From Eledone cirrhosa (Eukaryota), in assembly GCA_964016885.1 (NCBI GenBank), contig OZ024763.1:12462001-12526000 (forward strand): a DNA stretch of 64,000 nt, in the 5' to 3' direction. The position numbers were made by a program, and so were the translations under genes. Positions 63,066 through 64,000 of this stretch are shown piece after piece. Within the stretch, counting starts at the first letter, position 1. Each line of letters starts with the position of its first letter. The notes under the pieces are model-generated. The model searched no databases and was not told the DNA's origin. It saw nothing but the letters and a program-made list of their open reading frames with translations.

Positions 63066-64000
63066 TTGGTGGTATTAATGGTGGTGGTATTAATGGTGGT
63101 GGTAGTGATATTGGTGGTGGTATTAATGGTGGTGGTAGTGATATTGGTGGTATTAATGTTGGTGGTATCAATGGTGGTGGTATTAATGGTGGTGGTATTA
63201 ATGGTGGTGGTATCAATGGTGGTGGTAGTGATATTGGTGGTATTAATGGTGGTGGTATCAATGGTGGTGGTATCAATGGTGGTGGTATTAATGGTGGTGG
63301 TATTAATGGTGGTGGTAGTGATGGTGGTGGTATTAATGGTGGTGGTATTAATGGCGGTGGTAGTGATGGTGGTGGTATTAATGGTGGTGGTATTAATGGC
63401 GGTGGTATTAATGGTGGTGGTAGTGATATTGGTGGTATTAATGTTGGTGGTATCAATGGTGGTGGTATTAATGGTGGTGGTATTAATGGTGGTGGTATTA
63501 ATGGTGGTGGTATTAATGGTGGTGGTATTAATGGTGGTGGTATCAATGGTGGTGGTATTAATGGTGGTGGTAGTGATGGTGGTGGTATTAATGGTGGTGG
63601 TATTAATGGCGGTGGTATTAATGGTGGTGGTAGTGATATTGGTGGTATTAATGTTGGTGGTATCAATGGTGGTGGTATTAATGGTGGTGGTATTAATGGT
63701 GGTGGTATTAATGGTGGTGGTATTAATGGTGGTGGTATTAATGGTGGTGGTATCAATGGTGGTGGTATTAATGGTGGTGGTATTAATGGTGGTGGTATCA
63801 ATGGTGGTGGTATTAATGGTGGTGGTATTAATGGTGGTGGTATTAATGGTGGTGGTATTAATGGTGGTGGTATTAATGGTGGTGGTATCAATGGTGGTGG
63901 TATTAATGGTGGTGGTATCAATGGTGGTGGTATTAATGGTGGTGGTATTAATGGTGGTGGTATTAATGGTGGTGGTATCAATGGTGGTGGTATCAATGGT
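63066..64000. repeat. 15-bp minisatellite (ggtggtggtattaat)n running off the window
   Basis: About 60 units with tatcaat and tagtgat variants. Confidence 0.95.

Noticed and set aside
62055-63996. Proline-rich or extensin-like ORFs (PPTP, IPPPL repeats)
   Set aside because: These are translations of (ACC)n and a 15-bp minisatellite, open in several frames, with no splice or domain evidence.

Overview
Very repeat-rich animal genomic DNA. The SINE types and the extreme (TA)n/(CA)n/(GA)n density suggest an octopus-like cephalopod, but this is an inference. I recognise no intact host protein-coding gene, and almost all ORFs in the track are microsatellite artefacts. Identifiable mobile DNA: an R4/Dong-type RLE retrotransposon 3' half, Tx1/L1-type 3' ends sitting in (TATC)n, an RTE fragment with three nested insertions, a Vingi/Ingi-type 3' end, about 12 tRNA-derived SINE copies, a 902-bp non-autonomous Helitron, nested mariner fragments and a TTAA MITE. 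The main signal is a dense set of type I hammerhead-ribozyme (HHR) motifs: five with complete cores and stems (3686, 22266, 29335, 37096, 42929) and at least eight degenerate or partial ones. They belong to several unrelated short non-coding elements inserted in (TA)n arrays, often as fold-back inverted repeats, which is the architecture of Penelope-like pseudo-LTRs or retrozymes. Several have unusual features: 56-59 nt branched stem II domains, a recurrent U.U pair at the base of stem II, and palindromic stem III. The unique islands are also rich in YY1/Pho- and ETS-type motifs. All folds were derived by eye and none were computed.
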